Below are positions 55,393 through 64,000 of a stretch of DNA of 64,000 bases, piece by piece (position 1 is the stretch's first letter; each line of letters begins with the position of its first letter). Made by a program: the position numbers and the translations under genes. Where the stretch lies: NCBI GenBank assembly GCA_021848825.1, contig JAJZTQ010000011.1, forward strand, positions 1,051 to 65,050, in the 5' to 3' direction. The stretch comes from Pseudomonadota bacterium (GTDB lineage: Bacteria > Pseudomonadota > Gammaproteobacteria > Burkholderiales > JABEVD01). Under the pieces are notes generated by a model. It was given only the letters and a program-made list of their open reading frames with translations. It had not been told where the DNA came from and did not search any database.

Positions 55393-56172
55393 ATGGGATT
55401 TCTAGAAGGCAAGCGCATCCTGGTGACCGGTCTCCTGAGCAACCGTTCGATCGCTTACGGCATCGCAAAGTCATGCAGGGAACAGGGCGCAGAACTCGCT
55501 TTCACCTACCAGAGCGAAAGGTTCCTCGAACGAACTCAGAAGCTCGCGGCCGAATTCGACAGCCAGACCGTGTTGCCATGCGATGTATCGAACGACCAGG
55601 AAATCTCGGCGCTTTTTACGGAACTCGGCAAGCATTGGCCTGCATTCGACGGGCTTGTGCATTCCATCGCATTCGCGCCCAGGGAAGCACTTTCAGGCGA
55701 CTTCCTGGAAGGCATGTCGAGAGAAGCTTTCAGGATCGCTCACGATATCAGCTCATACAGCTTCGCAGCCCTTGCCAAGGCAGCGCTTCCCCTGCTCAAT
55801 GAAAACGGGGCGCTGCTCACCCTTTCCTATCTCGGCGCCGAGAAATCGGTTCCCAATTACAACCTGATGGGGCTTGCCAAGGCGAGCCTGGAGGCGAACG
55901 TCCGCTATCTCGCCCAGAGTCTCGGCAAAAAGGGCATTCGGGTCAATGCGGTTTCGGCCGGACCGATCAGGACGCTTGCAGCGAGCGGGATTGAAGGATT
56001 CGGAAAGATCCTGGATTTCGTCGAGAAGAATGCCCCGTTGAAGCGCAACGTGACCATAGAAGAAGTCGGCAATGCCTCCGCGTTCCTGCTCTCCGATCTC
56101 GCCTCCGGCATCACGGGTGAAATCACCTATGTCGATGCTGGATTCAACACCACCCTGGGCGACATGGGCTGA
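55393..56172 (+). CDS. fabI: Enoyl-ACP reductase
   Basis: [25 protein letters not shown]. Confidence 0.96.
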   Translation: MGFLEGKRILVTGLLSNRSIAYGIAKSCREQGAELAFTYQSERFLERTQKLAAEFDSQTVLPCDVSNDQEISALFTELGKHWPAFDGLVHSIAFAPREALSGDFLEGMSREAFRIAHDISSYSFAALAKAALPLLNENGALLTLSYLGAEKSVPNYNLMGLAKASLEANVRYLAQSLGKKGIRVNAVSAGPIRTLAASGIEGFGKILDFVEKNAPLKRNVTIEEVGNASAFLLSDLASGITGEITYVDAGFNTTLGDMG

Positions 56173-58056
56173 TCACTTCCCGGAAATGAGGCTGCGATTG
56201 ACGTTTATCTTGGCCCTGCCCTTGAGTCCCATGAAGTAGTCGGAGAGCTCTTCTTCCGCAGCCGCGTTTTTCATCTGGGTCTTGACTGCCTGGAGCTCCG
56301 GCGCAGAAGGCTCTCCAGCGTCGATCAGCTTCGAGATCCTGACGATGGTATAGCCTGTCGGTCCTTCGACGCCGGCATAGAAAGGAAGCTTGGCGACGTC
56401 GGCCGACAATACCGCCTTCAGGATGTCCGGGGAAAGCCCCTGCCTTTCACGCCTGCTCACATCCACTTCAGGCTGCCACGAAAGGGATGTCTCCCGTCCG
56501 GCCTGAAGCTGGACAAGCGTCGATTTTCCCTGCTGCATGGCGGCATCGAGCGCCTTCTGCTGGACGACCTTCTTCCTGATCTCGTCCGCGACTTCGGCAA
56601 GGGGCTTCGTGAAAGCGGGCTTCATGTCGACGACATGGGCCGAGACAAGAACATTGGGCGAGACTTCGATGGCCTCGGTATTCCTCTTCTTTTTCATGGA
56701 ATCATCGGAAAAGACCGCCTTCAGGAGCTTCTTGCTGGAAGGGAATGAAGGATTGCTGCCCGATTCATCTATCCAGCCGCTCGTCTGAACCTGCAGACCG
56801 AATGCATCTGCTGCAGGCTTGAGGCTCGAACTCTGCTCATAGACCATGTTGCTGAAATTGTCGGCATTTTCGCTGTACTTCTTCCCGGCCTGCTGCTTTC
56901 TGATTTCCTGGACGATATCGTCTTTCGCTTCCGCGAAGGTACGCGTCGTTGCCGGCTTGATCCCATCGAGCCTGATGACGTGAAATCCGAATTCGGAATG
57001 CACAGGTTCGCTTATTTCTCCCGGCTTCATGGAAAAGACGGCGTCGTCGAACGGCTTGACCATCGTGCCCTGCTTGAAGAACCCGAGATTTCCGCCGTTG
57101 GCTGCAGAACCCGGATCTCCTGAATATTTCTTTGCCAGTTCGGCGAACTTGCCAGGGGATTTTCTCAGCTCAGCGACAATCTTGTCCGCCTTGTCCTTTG
57201 CCTCATCGATCTGGGCTTTCGTCGCATCCTTGGCCAAAGGGATCAGGATATGGCTCGCGCTCCGCTCTTCGGGAATGCTGAATTCCGATTTGTGCGCATC
57301 GTAATACTGTTTCGCCTCGTCAGCGCTCACTGCTATCCCGGACTGAAGCGTTTCCGGAGAAAACACCACATAATCCACTTTCACCTCTTCCGGAACCTTG
57401 AATTCGCCTGAATGATCCTTGTAATACTTCGCCACCTCGTCTTCGCTGACCTGCTGCCCCTTGAGATACTGCTCTGGCGTGAAGGAGACCAGGTTCACGA
57501 CGCGTTTCTGATCGATCATCTTCACGAACTGCATTGCCGATGCCTGTGCAACGAAGCCGTCCTGCGCCACTGCCCCCAGCAGCTGCTCCCTTGCGATGTC
57601 CTCTCTCACTTCGGATTCGAATCGAACGGCCGTCAGTCCCTGACCTTGCAGCAGTTTCTGATACCGCTCCTCCGAAAAAGCGCCATCCTTCTGGAAGATG
57701 GTCATGGCCCTGATCGCAGAAATCAGCTGATCGTCGGTGACCGCTATGCCGACCTTCTCGGCATCGTTCGTGAACAACTTTCTCTGGATCAGCCGCTCGA
57801 GCACGGCAAGCTTGAACCCGGGGCTGTCCAGCATGGACTGATCCGCACGGCTGCCCAGCTGTTGTCTCAGGTCCTCCTGCTGCTGCCTCAGCACGAGATC
57901 GAATTCGCTCATCGCTATCTTCGCGCCATCCACGCTCGCCGCGTCGTTCGCGCCGCCGCTCCTGTAAGACTGAATTCCCCAGAACATGAATGTCAGAATG
58001 ACAAGCCCGAGTATGATTTGAACTATTTTTCTGTTTCTGTCTACGAAATCGAACAT
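56173..58056 (-). CDS. ppiD: Peptidyl-prolyl isomerase PpiD
   Basis: N-terminal TM, SurA-like domain, parvulin ASHIL...GG.LG...FGFH. Confidence 0.9.
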   Translation of the reverse strand: MFDFVDRNRKIVQIILGLVILTFMFWGIQSYRSGGANDAASVDGAKIAMSEFDLVLRQQQEDLRQQLGSRADQSMLDSPGFKLAVLERLIQRKLFTNDAEKVGIAVTDDQLISAIRAMTIFQKDGAFSEERYQKLLQGQGLTAVRFESEVREDIAREQLLGAVAQDGFVAQASAMQFVKMIDQKRVVNLVSFTPEQYLKGQQVSEDEVAKYYKDHSGEFKVPEEVKVDYVVFSPETLQSGIAVSADEAKQYYDAHKSEFSIPEERSASHILIPLAKDATKAQIDEAKDKADKIVAELRKSPGKFAELAKKYSGDPGSAANGGNLGFFKQGTMVKPFDDAVFSMKPGEISEPVHSEFGFHVIRLDGIKPATTRTFAEAKDDIVQEIRKQQAGKKYSENADNFSNMVYEQSSSLKPAADAFGLQVQTSGWIDESGSNPSFPSSKKLLKAVFSDDSMKKKRNTEAIEVSPNVLVSAHVVDMKPAFTKPLAEVADEIRKKVVQQKALDAAMQQGKSTLVQLQAGRETSLSWQPEVDVSRRERQGLSPDILKAVLSADVAKLPFYAGVEGPTGYTIVRISKLIDAGEPSAPELQAVKTQMKNAAAEEELSDYFMGLKGRAKINVNRSLISGK

Positions 58057-58159
58057 GGGGTATCGCTTGTGATGGGATCATGAAAAAGGGCGAAACAGGT
58101 TTCGCCCTCCAGGCCGAGTGATTATACCTAAAAAATCCGTTATTGACAGACCCAAGAAT

Positions 58160-58192
58160 AAAGCCCGTCACCTGGGCAGGTGACGGGCTTTT
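58160..58192. terminator. Intrinsic terminator hairpin
   Basis: AAAGCCCGTCACCTG-GG-CAGGTGACGGGCTTTT. Confidence 0.75.
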
Positions 58193-58197
58193 CCTTA

Positions 58198-58221
58198 TGG
58201 CGGAGTGGACGGGACTCGAAC
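58198..58221 (-). repeat. 24-bp duplicate of the tRNA-Asp 3' end (att-like)
   Basis: TGGCGGAGTGGACGGGACTCGAAC, identical to 59435-59458. Confidence 0.9.
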
Positions 58222-58257
58222 ACGGGGCGCCGGCCCGAGTGAAGCCGATGGAATCGA

Positions 58258-59007
58258 TCACGCCGAGCGTCGTCGCACTGCCATCACTCCAAAAAGCCCG
58301 ATCCCGAACAGCGCCAGACCTGCAGGCTCAGGCACTACGGCACCCGGCCCTGCCGCGCCAGCATTGCCGGGAAGCACAGCCCACGAGTAGTAATAGCGAT
58401 TACGGTTCTTGGCGAGCGTGCCCTGAGCGCCATTGAAGGTAGTGAATTCCCACGCGTACCCGGGATTGGAAGCGTCCTCCGTGCTGGACCAGTACAAGTC
58501 GTAAAAGACATTTGTGAACAGGCTGCTCGCTGGAATGACATGCCCTGCCGTTCCACCCAAAGCTGTATAAAACAACTCCCCCAGCATGCTGTTGGTGCAG
58601 TTATAACCGAAACAGCTCTGATCGTAGGTCGTTGGCAGTTCCCAGGTGTTGTGTCCCAGGTAATCGATGCTGTTGAGATAGCCCATGAAGGCCATCGCGC
58701 CCCACCAATCAGATGGACCTCCGCTTGAGTTGAAGTCACTTGCGCTCACATTGTAATTGCCAGGGCCGGCATTATCAAAGGAATTGGGCGTATCGTGAAT
58801 CGTAGGTACTGCAGCGATGATCTGGCTGATCAGATTCGCATTTCCCGCTTCCATTGTGCCAAGAAGGTTTGCGTCAGACGACCACGTCACGTTCGCCACG
58901 TTGTCATATACCAATCCCGGGCCCACGCTGATCAGGCTCGCCCGCGAAACTTGCGCACCCAACAAACCCATCGCAAGCATCGCGCCTGCCAAAATCTTCC
59001 TCTTCAT
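58258..59007 (-). CDS. PEP-CTERM sorting-domain protein with DUF1566/Lcl-like domain
   Basis: Signal peptide; W.LPT...YWSST...AW; C-terminal VPEP + TM + RRR. Confidence 0.9.
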   Translation of the reverse strand: MKRKILAGAMLAMGLLGAQVSRASLISVGPGLVYDNVANVTWSSDANLLGTMEAGNANLISQIIAAVPTIHDTPNSFDNAGPGNYNVSASDFNSSGGPSDWWGAMAFMGYLNSIDYLGHNTWELPTTYDQSCFGYNCTNSMLGELFYTALGGTAGHVIPASSLFTNVFYDLYWSSTEDASNPGYAWEFTTFNGAQGTLAKNRNRYYYSWAVLPGNAGAAGPGAVVPEPAGLALFGIGLFGVMAVRRRSA

Positions 59008-59160
59008 GTTTTTTCTCCCAAATGGTGAATTGTAAATGCCATTAAAAAACGATCAATTCCAAAAAATGCGGACCCAAGTGCCTTATCGGGGCGTTATAGA
59101 CCGCTCGAACCTGTTAATCGCTATTAGTTTTCACGCATCACTCTACCGCGTCGCATAGCA

Positions 59161-59176
59161 TGCAATTATCATGCCT
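59161..59176 (-). promoter_or_regulatory. Sigma54 promoter of the PEP-CTERM gene
   Basis: Minus strand AGGCATGATAATTGCA = GG-N10-GC. Confidence 0.65.
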
Positions 59177-59262
59177 CAAGCTTGTCGGTAACGACATAAC
59201 ATTGATTTACTGAGATGTTTTTGATCAGGATAGGCAGATAGCCGGATGGACTGACAGGCAGG

Positions 59263-59279
59263 TGTAAAATATCTCGACA
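59263..59279. promoter_or_regulatory. Enhancer-binding site TGT-N11-ACA
   Basis: TGTAAAATATCTCGACA about 90 bp upstream of the sigma54 site. Confidence 0.55.
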
Positions 59280-59434
59280 GATATCTTCTCGGGCTCGCAG
59301 GACAAAACTTCGTTTGCGAGGCGCGGCCCGCCTAGTGCTTTGGGGGACCGGATTCACGCCGAAGCGCCGGACAGAAAAGAAAAACGCCTTGGGAAGTCCG
59401 TACAGAACGGAATCACAAGGCGTCCTTCAACAGT

Positions 59435-59511
59435 TGGCGGAGTGGACGGGACTCGAACCCGCGACCCCCGGCGTGACAGGCCGGTATTCTAACCGACTGA
59501 ACTACCACTCC
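59435..59511 (-). tRNA. tRNA-Asp(GTC)
   Basis: GGAGTGGTAGTTCAGTCGGTTAGAATACCGGCCTGTCACGCCGG...GTTCGAGTCCCGTCCACTCCGCCA. Confidence 0.97.
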
Positions 59512-59699
59512 ATAACCTTTGAAACAGGGTCTAGCTGCAACAGAAGCGGAATTCTACAAGAGAATGCGTTTCGCCGCAACTGTAGCCTGCAACAATGCTG
59601 TTACAAACAAGCAAGAACTTTTTTCGAAAATCCCGGGTCCACTGGAGGGAATACGAAAAACAAGCGCATCGCGATATCAACCGCTGAGAGGAGATTTTC

Positions 59700-59930
59700 A
59701 TGAGAATCACTGCCATCATGCTTTTCGGCATGTTCGCCGCCTCGTCCATCGACGCGTCCGCCCAGCCGCCAGCCTGGTTTATCGCCAAGCATCCCGAGGT
59801 GAAACAGATGGAGAAGAGACAGGAACAACTAGCCGCCAAGGAAAGCGCCAGGAAGAAGCTGGCTTCCCGGCACGGCAAATCGCACCACACGACGTCCAGT
59901 CAATCCGGAAAGGAAACGCAGGGCAGCTGA
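59700..59930 (+). CDS. Small exported basic protein
   Basis: RBS GAGGAG, signal peptide ending ASA, downstream hairpin. Confidence 0.55.
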   Translation: MRITAIMLFGMFAASSIDASAQPPAWFIAKHPEVKQMEKRQEQLAAKESARKKLASRHGKSHHTTSSQSGKETQGS

Positions 59931-59958
59931 AAAACAAAAACCCGCCATAGAGCGGGTT

Positions 59959-60034
59959 TGGTGGGTGCTGAGGGGATCGAACCCCCGACATTCGCCTTGT
60001 AAGGGCGACGCTCTACCAGCTGAGCTAAGCACCC
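59959..60034 (-). tRNA. tRNA-Val(TAC)
   Basis: GGGTGCTTAGCTCAGCTGGTAGAGCGTCGCCCTTACAAGGCGA...GTTCGATCCCCTCAGCACCCACCA. Confidence 0.97.
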
Positions 60035-60072
60035 TGTCACGATTTTGCGAAGCATTGCTTCGCAAAATCGCG

Positions 60073-60345
60073 TCAGTTTACAGCATCCTTGAGGCCTTTT
60101 CCAGCACGGAATTTCGGCGCTTTTGCGGCACTGATCTTGATTTCCGCGCCGGTGCGGGGATTGCGTCCCGTACGGGCAGGACGATCGCCTACATAGAACG
60201 TCCCGAATCCGACCAGCGTAACCATGTCGCCTTTCTTCAATGCGCCCTTCACTGCATCGACGACCGCATCCAGGGCACGCCCGGCAGCCGCTTTGGAAAT
60301 ATCTGCGGAGTCGGCAATTGCATCAATAAGCTCAGATTTGTTCAT
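60073..60345 (-). CDS. hupB: DNA-binding protein HU
   Basis: [19 protein letters not shown]; downstream of lon. Confidence 0.95.
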   Translation of the reverse strand: MNKSELIDAIADSADISKAAAGRALDAVVDAVKGALKKGDMVTLVGFGTFYVGDRPARTGRNPRTGAEIKISAAKAPKFRAGKGLKDAVN

Positions 60346-60496
60346 GTAATCCCCTTTACGTTCACTACACTATCGACAAACATCCCGCCTCGCCAAGCAC
60401 AAACCTGAAAGGGTTGTTCATAGCATTGCAAGACGATTCTAATATGTTTTTTGCAGCCCTACAACAGGCAAAGCCAGTTTCCATGCGCTTTTCCCG

Positions 60497-62923
60497 TCAA
60501 TGCTTGGTGACGACAGGCTGGGCTATCTCCTCGATCTTGGCCGGAATGGCCTCGACTTCCCCCTCCTCAGCCACCCCAGGAAGCGCAACAGGCTTGCTTT
60601 CTAGCGCAAAATCAATGACTTGATCTATCCATTTGACTGGATGAATGTCGAGCTTGCTCTTGATGTTGTCGGGGATCTCGGCCAGATCCTTGACGTTCTC
60701 TTCCGGAATCAGCACATGCTTGATTCCGCCGCGATGGGCTGCAAGAAGCTTCTCCTTGAGCCCGCCTATGGGAAGCACCTCGCCGCGCAGGGTGATCTCG
60801 CCCGTCATCGCCACATCCGCCCTGACCGGGATGCCGGTCAATATGGACACGATGGCGGTGCAGATCGCAATCCCGGCGCTCGGACCATCCTTCGGCGTCG
60901 CCCCTTCCGGAAGATGGATATGGATATCCGTCTTCTGATAGAAGTCTTCCGCGATACCCAGAGACTTTGAACGGTTCCTCACGACAGAAAGCGCAGCCTG
61001 TATCGATTCCTGCATGACTTCGCCCAGGGTGCCGGTGGTGATGGTCTTGCCTTTCCCGGGCAGCATCACGCTTTCTATGGTCAGCAGATCGCCGCCGACT
61101 TCCGTCCAGGCAAGCCCGGTGACCTGCCCGACCTGGTTCTTCTTCTCGGCCATGCCGTAGCTGTACCTTCTCACCCCAAGAAACTTGTCGAGGTTTCTTG
61201 ACGTGACGGTGATGGTTCGCTCGGTCTTCTTCAGAAGCAGCATCTTCACCACCTTGCGGCAGATCTTCGCGATTTCCCGTTCGAGGCTCCTGACCCCTGC
61301 CTCCCTGGTGTAGTAGCGGACGATGTCGCGCACAGCGCTTTCGGATACCGAAAGCTCCGTTTCCTTCAGGCCATGGTGCTTCATCTGCTTCTTGATGAGG
61401 TAGCGCATGGAAATGTTGATCTTCTCGTCTTCCGTATAGCCCGAAAGCCTGATCACCTCCATCCTGTCAAGAAGCGGCGCAGGAATGTTGAGGGTGTTGG
61501 CAGTCGCGACGAACATCACATCCGAAAGGTCGTACTCAACCTCGACATAATGATCGACGAAGGTGCTGTTCTGCTCGGGGTCGAGCACTTCCAGAAGGGC
61601 GGAGGAAGGGTCACCCCTGAAATCCGCCCCCATCTTGTCGACTTCGTCGAGCAGGAAAAGTGGATTCCTGACCCCCACCTTGCCCATGTTCTGCAATATC
61701 TTGCCCGGCATGGAGCCGATGTAGGTGCGCCTGTGGCCGCGTATTTCCGCCTCATCCCTGACGCCGCCCAAGGACATCCTGACGAACTTGCGGTTGGTCG
61801 CACGGGCGATGGACTGCCCCAGGGAAGTCTTGCCGACCCCGGGAGGGCCGACGAGGCAGAGTATCGGCGCTTTGAGCTTGTCGACGCGCTGCTGGACGGC
61901 GAGGTATTCGAGTATGCGTTCCTTGACCTTTTCGAGGCCGTAATGGTCATGCTCGAGTATATCTTCCGCAGCAGCGAGATCTCGGCTGATCTTGCTCTTC
62001 TTCTTCCATGGCAATTGAACCAGCGATTCGATGTAGTTCCTGACGACTGTCGCCTCTGCAGACATCGGCGACATCATGCGCAGCTTCTTCAGTTCCGATT
62101 CAGCCTTTGCGCGCGCCTCCTTCGGCATCTGCGCAGATTCTATCTTCTTTGCAAGCTCGTCGAGGTCAGCGCCTTCCTCTCCTTCACCGAGCTCCTTCTG
62201 GATCGCCTTCACTTGCTCGTTGAGATAGTATTCGCGCTGGCTTTTCTCCATCTGGCGCTTGACCCGCCCGCGTATGCGCTTCTCCACCTGCAGGATGTCG
62301 AGTTCAGCTTCCAGCAGACCGAGCAGATGTTCGAGGCGCTTCTGCACGTCGAATATCTCGAGCACAGCCTGCTTCTGTTCCAGCTTCAACGGAAGATGGG
62401 CGACGACCGTATCGGCAAGCCTTCCCGATTCGTCGATGGAAGAAAGGGAAGTCAGCACTTCCGCAGGAATCTTCTTGTTGAGCTTCACATACTGGTCGAA
62501 CTGCGCGAGCAGCGCGCGCCTCATCGCCTCTATTTCGTGATTCTCCGTCTCGTTCTCCGGAACGAGGGTAACGACCCCCTCGAAATGATTCTTCCTGTCG
62601 AGTATTTCGAGAATCTCGGCGCGATGAGAACCTTCGACGAGCACCTTGACCGTCCCGTCCGGAAGCTTCAGCATCTGAAGGATATTGGCCACGTTGCCGA
62701 TGCGATACATGTCTTCGGCTGAAGGTTCATCCTTGGCAGCGAATTTCTGGGCAACCAGGATGATGCTCTTTCCCGATTCCATCGCGGCATCGAGCGCCTG
62801 GATCGATTTGGCGCGCCCGACGAAAAGCGGAATGACCATGTGCGGAAAAACCACGACATCGCGCAGCGGCAGAAGCGGCATGAGAAGTTGACTGGCTTTG
62901 TTCTCGACTAGATCGGACATCAT
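60497..62923 (-). CDS. lon: Lon protease
   Basis: [27 protein letters not shown]. Confidence 0.98.
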   Translation of the reverse strand: MMSDLVENKASQLLMPLLPLRDVVVFPHMVIPLFVGRAKSIQALDAAMESGKSIILVAQKFAAKDEPSAEDMYRIGNVANILQMLKLPDGTVKVLVEGSHRAEILEILDRKNHFEGVVTLVPENETENHEIEAMRRALLAQFDQYVKLNKKIPAEVLTSLSSIDESGRLADTVVAHLPLKLEQKQAVLEIFDVQKRLEHLLGLLEAELDILQVEKRIRGRVKRQMEKSQREYYLNEQVKAIQKELGEGEEGADLDELAKKIESAQMPKEARAKAESELKKLRMMSPMSAEATVVRNYIESLVQLPWKKKSKISRDLAAAEDILEHDHYGLEKVKERILEYLAVQQRVDKLKAPILCLVGPPGVGKTSLGQSIARATNRKFVRMSLGGVRDEAEIRGHRRTYIGSMPGKILQNMGKVGVRNPLFLLDEVDKMGADFRGDPSSALLEVLDPEQNSTFVDHYVEVEYDLSDVMFVATANTLNIPAPLLDRMEVIRLSGYTEDEKINISMRYLIKKQMKHHGLKETELSVSESAVRDIVRYYTREAGVRSLEREIAKICRKVVKMLLLKKTERTITVTSRNLDKFLGVRRYSYGMAEKKNQVGQVTGLAWTEVGGDLLTIESVMLPGKGKTITTGTLGEVMQESIQAALSVVRNRSKSLGIAEDFYQKTDIHIHLPEGATPKDGPSAGIAICTAIVSILTGIPVRADVAMTGEITLRGEVLPIGGLKEKLLAAHRGGIKHVLIPEENVKDLAEIPDNIKSKLDIHPVKWIDQVIDFALESKPVALPGVAEEGEVEAIPAKIEEIAQPVVTKH

Positions 62924-63001
62924 GGCTCACCTTGAAAGTTGTATGGTGATGGAATGGGGGCGACATGGACTTATTTCAAGCCCTCTCCCCCAATATTTCG
63001 A

Positions 63002-64000
63002 TCAGGCGGAATCCGCCAGCTTGGCCTGCTCGGAATAAATCAGTATCGGCTTGATCTCGCCGCCCGCGCCGACATCGAGCACGACCTTGTCCACATTGCT
63101 GAGCGAAGGCAGGTCGAACATGATGTCCAGAAGCGCATTCTCCAGTATGGAGCGCAATCCCCTTGCCCCGGTCTTCCGGGCGAGCGCCTTCTTCGCGACA
63201 GCATGCAGCGCCTGTTCCCTTACCTCGAGTTCAACCCCTTCCATGCCGAACATCTTCTGATACTGCTTGATGAGCGCGTTCTTGGGCTCGGTCAGGATCT
63301 GGATGAGGGCTTCCTCGTTGAGCTCCTCCAGGGTCGCCACGACCGGAAGCCTTCCGACGAATTCCGGAATGAGTCCGTACTTGATCAGGTCCTCTGGCTC
63401 GACATCGCGCAGAACGACCCCGACATCCTTGCGGTTGTCACGGCTCTTGACTTCGGCACCGAATCCTATCCCGCCCTTTTCGGACCTTGCCCTGATGATC
63501 TTGTCCAGACCGTCGAAGGCGCCGCCGCAGATGAAGAGAATGTTGGTGGTATCGATCTGCACGAATTCCTGGTTGGGATGCTTCCTTCCCCCCTGGGGCG
63601 GCACCGAGGCGACCGTTCCTTCTATCAGCTTCAAGAGCGCCTGCTGCACGCCTTCCCCCGAGACATCCCGGGTGATGGAAGGATTGTCGGATTTCCGGGA
63701 GATCTTGTCGATCTCGTCTATGTAGACGATGCCGTGCTGCGCCTTGTCTATCTCATAATCGCATTTCTGCAGAAGCTTCTGGATGATGTTCTCGACGTCT
63801 TCCCCGACATAGCCCGCTTCGGTCAGGGTGGTCGCATCCGCCATGATGAAAGGCACGTTGAGCAGCCTCGCCAGGGTCTGGGCAAGCAGCGTCTTGCCCG
63901 AGCCGGTCGGTCCTATCAGCAGGATATTGCTCTTTGCTAGCTCTATCCCGTCGTCCTTCCTGGAAAGATTCTTGAGGCGCTTGTAATGATTGTAGACTGC
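63002..64000 (-). CDS. clpX: ClpX ATPase (5' end outside window)
   Basis: [34 protein letters not shown]. Confidence 0.97.
   Translation of the reverse strand, partial: AVYNHYKRLKNLSRKDDGIELAKSNILLIGPTGSGKTLLAQTLARLLNVPFIMADATTLTEAGYVGEDVENIIQKLLQKCDYEIDKAQHGIVYIDEIDKISRKSDNPSITRDVSGEGVQQALLKLIEGTVASVPPQGGRKHPNQEFVQIDTTNILFICGGAFDGLDKIIRARSEKGGIGFGAEVKSRDNRKDVGVVLRDVEPEDLIKYGLIPEFVGRLPVVATLEELNEEALIQILTEPKNALIKQYQKMFGMEGVELEVREQALHAVAKKALARKTGARGLRSILENALLDIMFDLPSLSNVDKVVLDVGAGGEIKPILIYSEQAKLADSA

Noticed and set aside
58198-58260. Second tRNA-Asp gene
   Set aside because: Identity stops after 24 bp, within the T-arm

Overview
Betaproteobacterial chromosome segment with two parts. (1) Positions 1-25247 are the right-hand ~25 kb of an integrated element that ends at a 51-bp duplicate of the 3' half of tRNA-Pro(CGG); its other end lies outside the window. 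It carries a tyrosine integrase, an excisionase-like gene, a RepA_C replicase with a candidate oriV, and only the F-type mating-pair genes traN, traH and traG. It also has an FlhD-like activator, a ParA/RHH partition pair, a RecE-like nuclease with three inserted repeats, an AntA protein, a MobI-like protein with a candidate oriT, an IHF-like protein and a run of tiny membrane peptides. Its cargo is a four-gene MBL / E2-E1-JAB / MBL / transmembrane ubiquitin-like defence operon, preceded by a near-consensus promoter overlapped by NrdR-like boxes. The layout resembles SGI1-type mobilisable islands that hijack a helper's T4SS. (2) Positions 25.4-64 kb are core genome: an MCP, purA-hisZ-hflCKX-hfq-der-bamB-hisS-ispG-rodZ-pilW-rlmN-ndk, tilS-accA, dnaQ-rnhA-gloB, manC-ugd, yejABEF, fabI, ppiD, tRNA-Asp, tRNA-Val, hupB, lon and clpX. 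This part contains a 1.2-kb integrase-less islet at tRNA-Asp with one PEP-CTERM gene and its own sigma54 promoter and enhancer. All family calls come from motif recognition by eye; no database searches were run.
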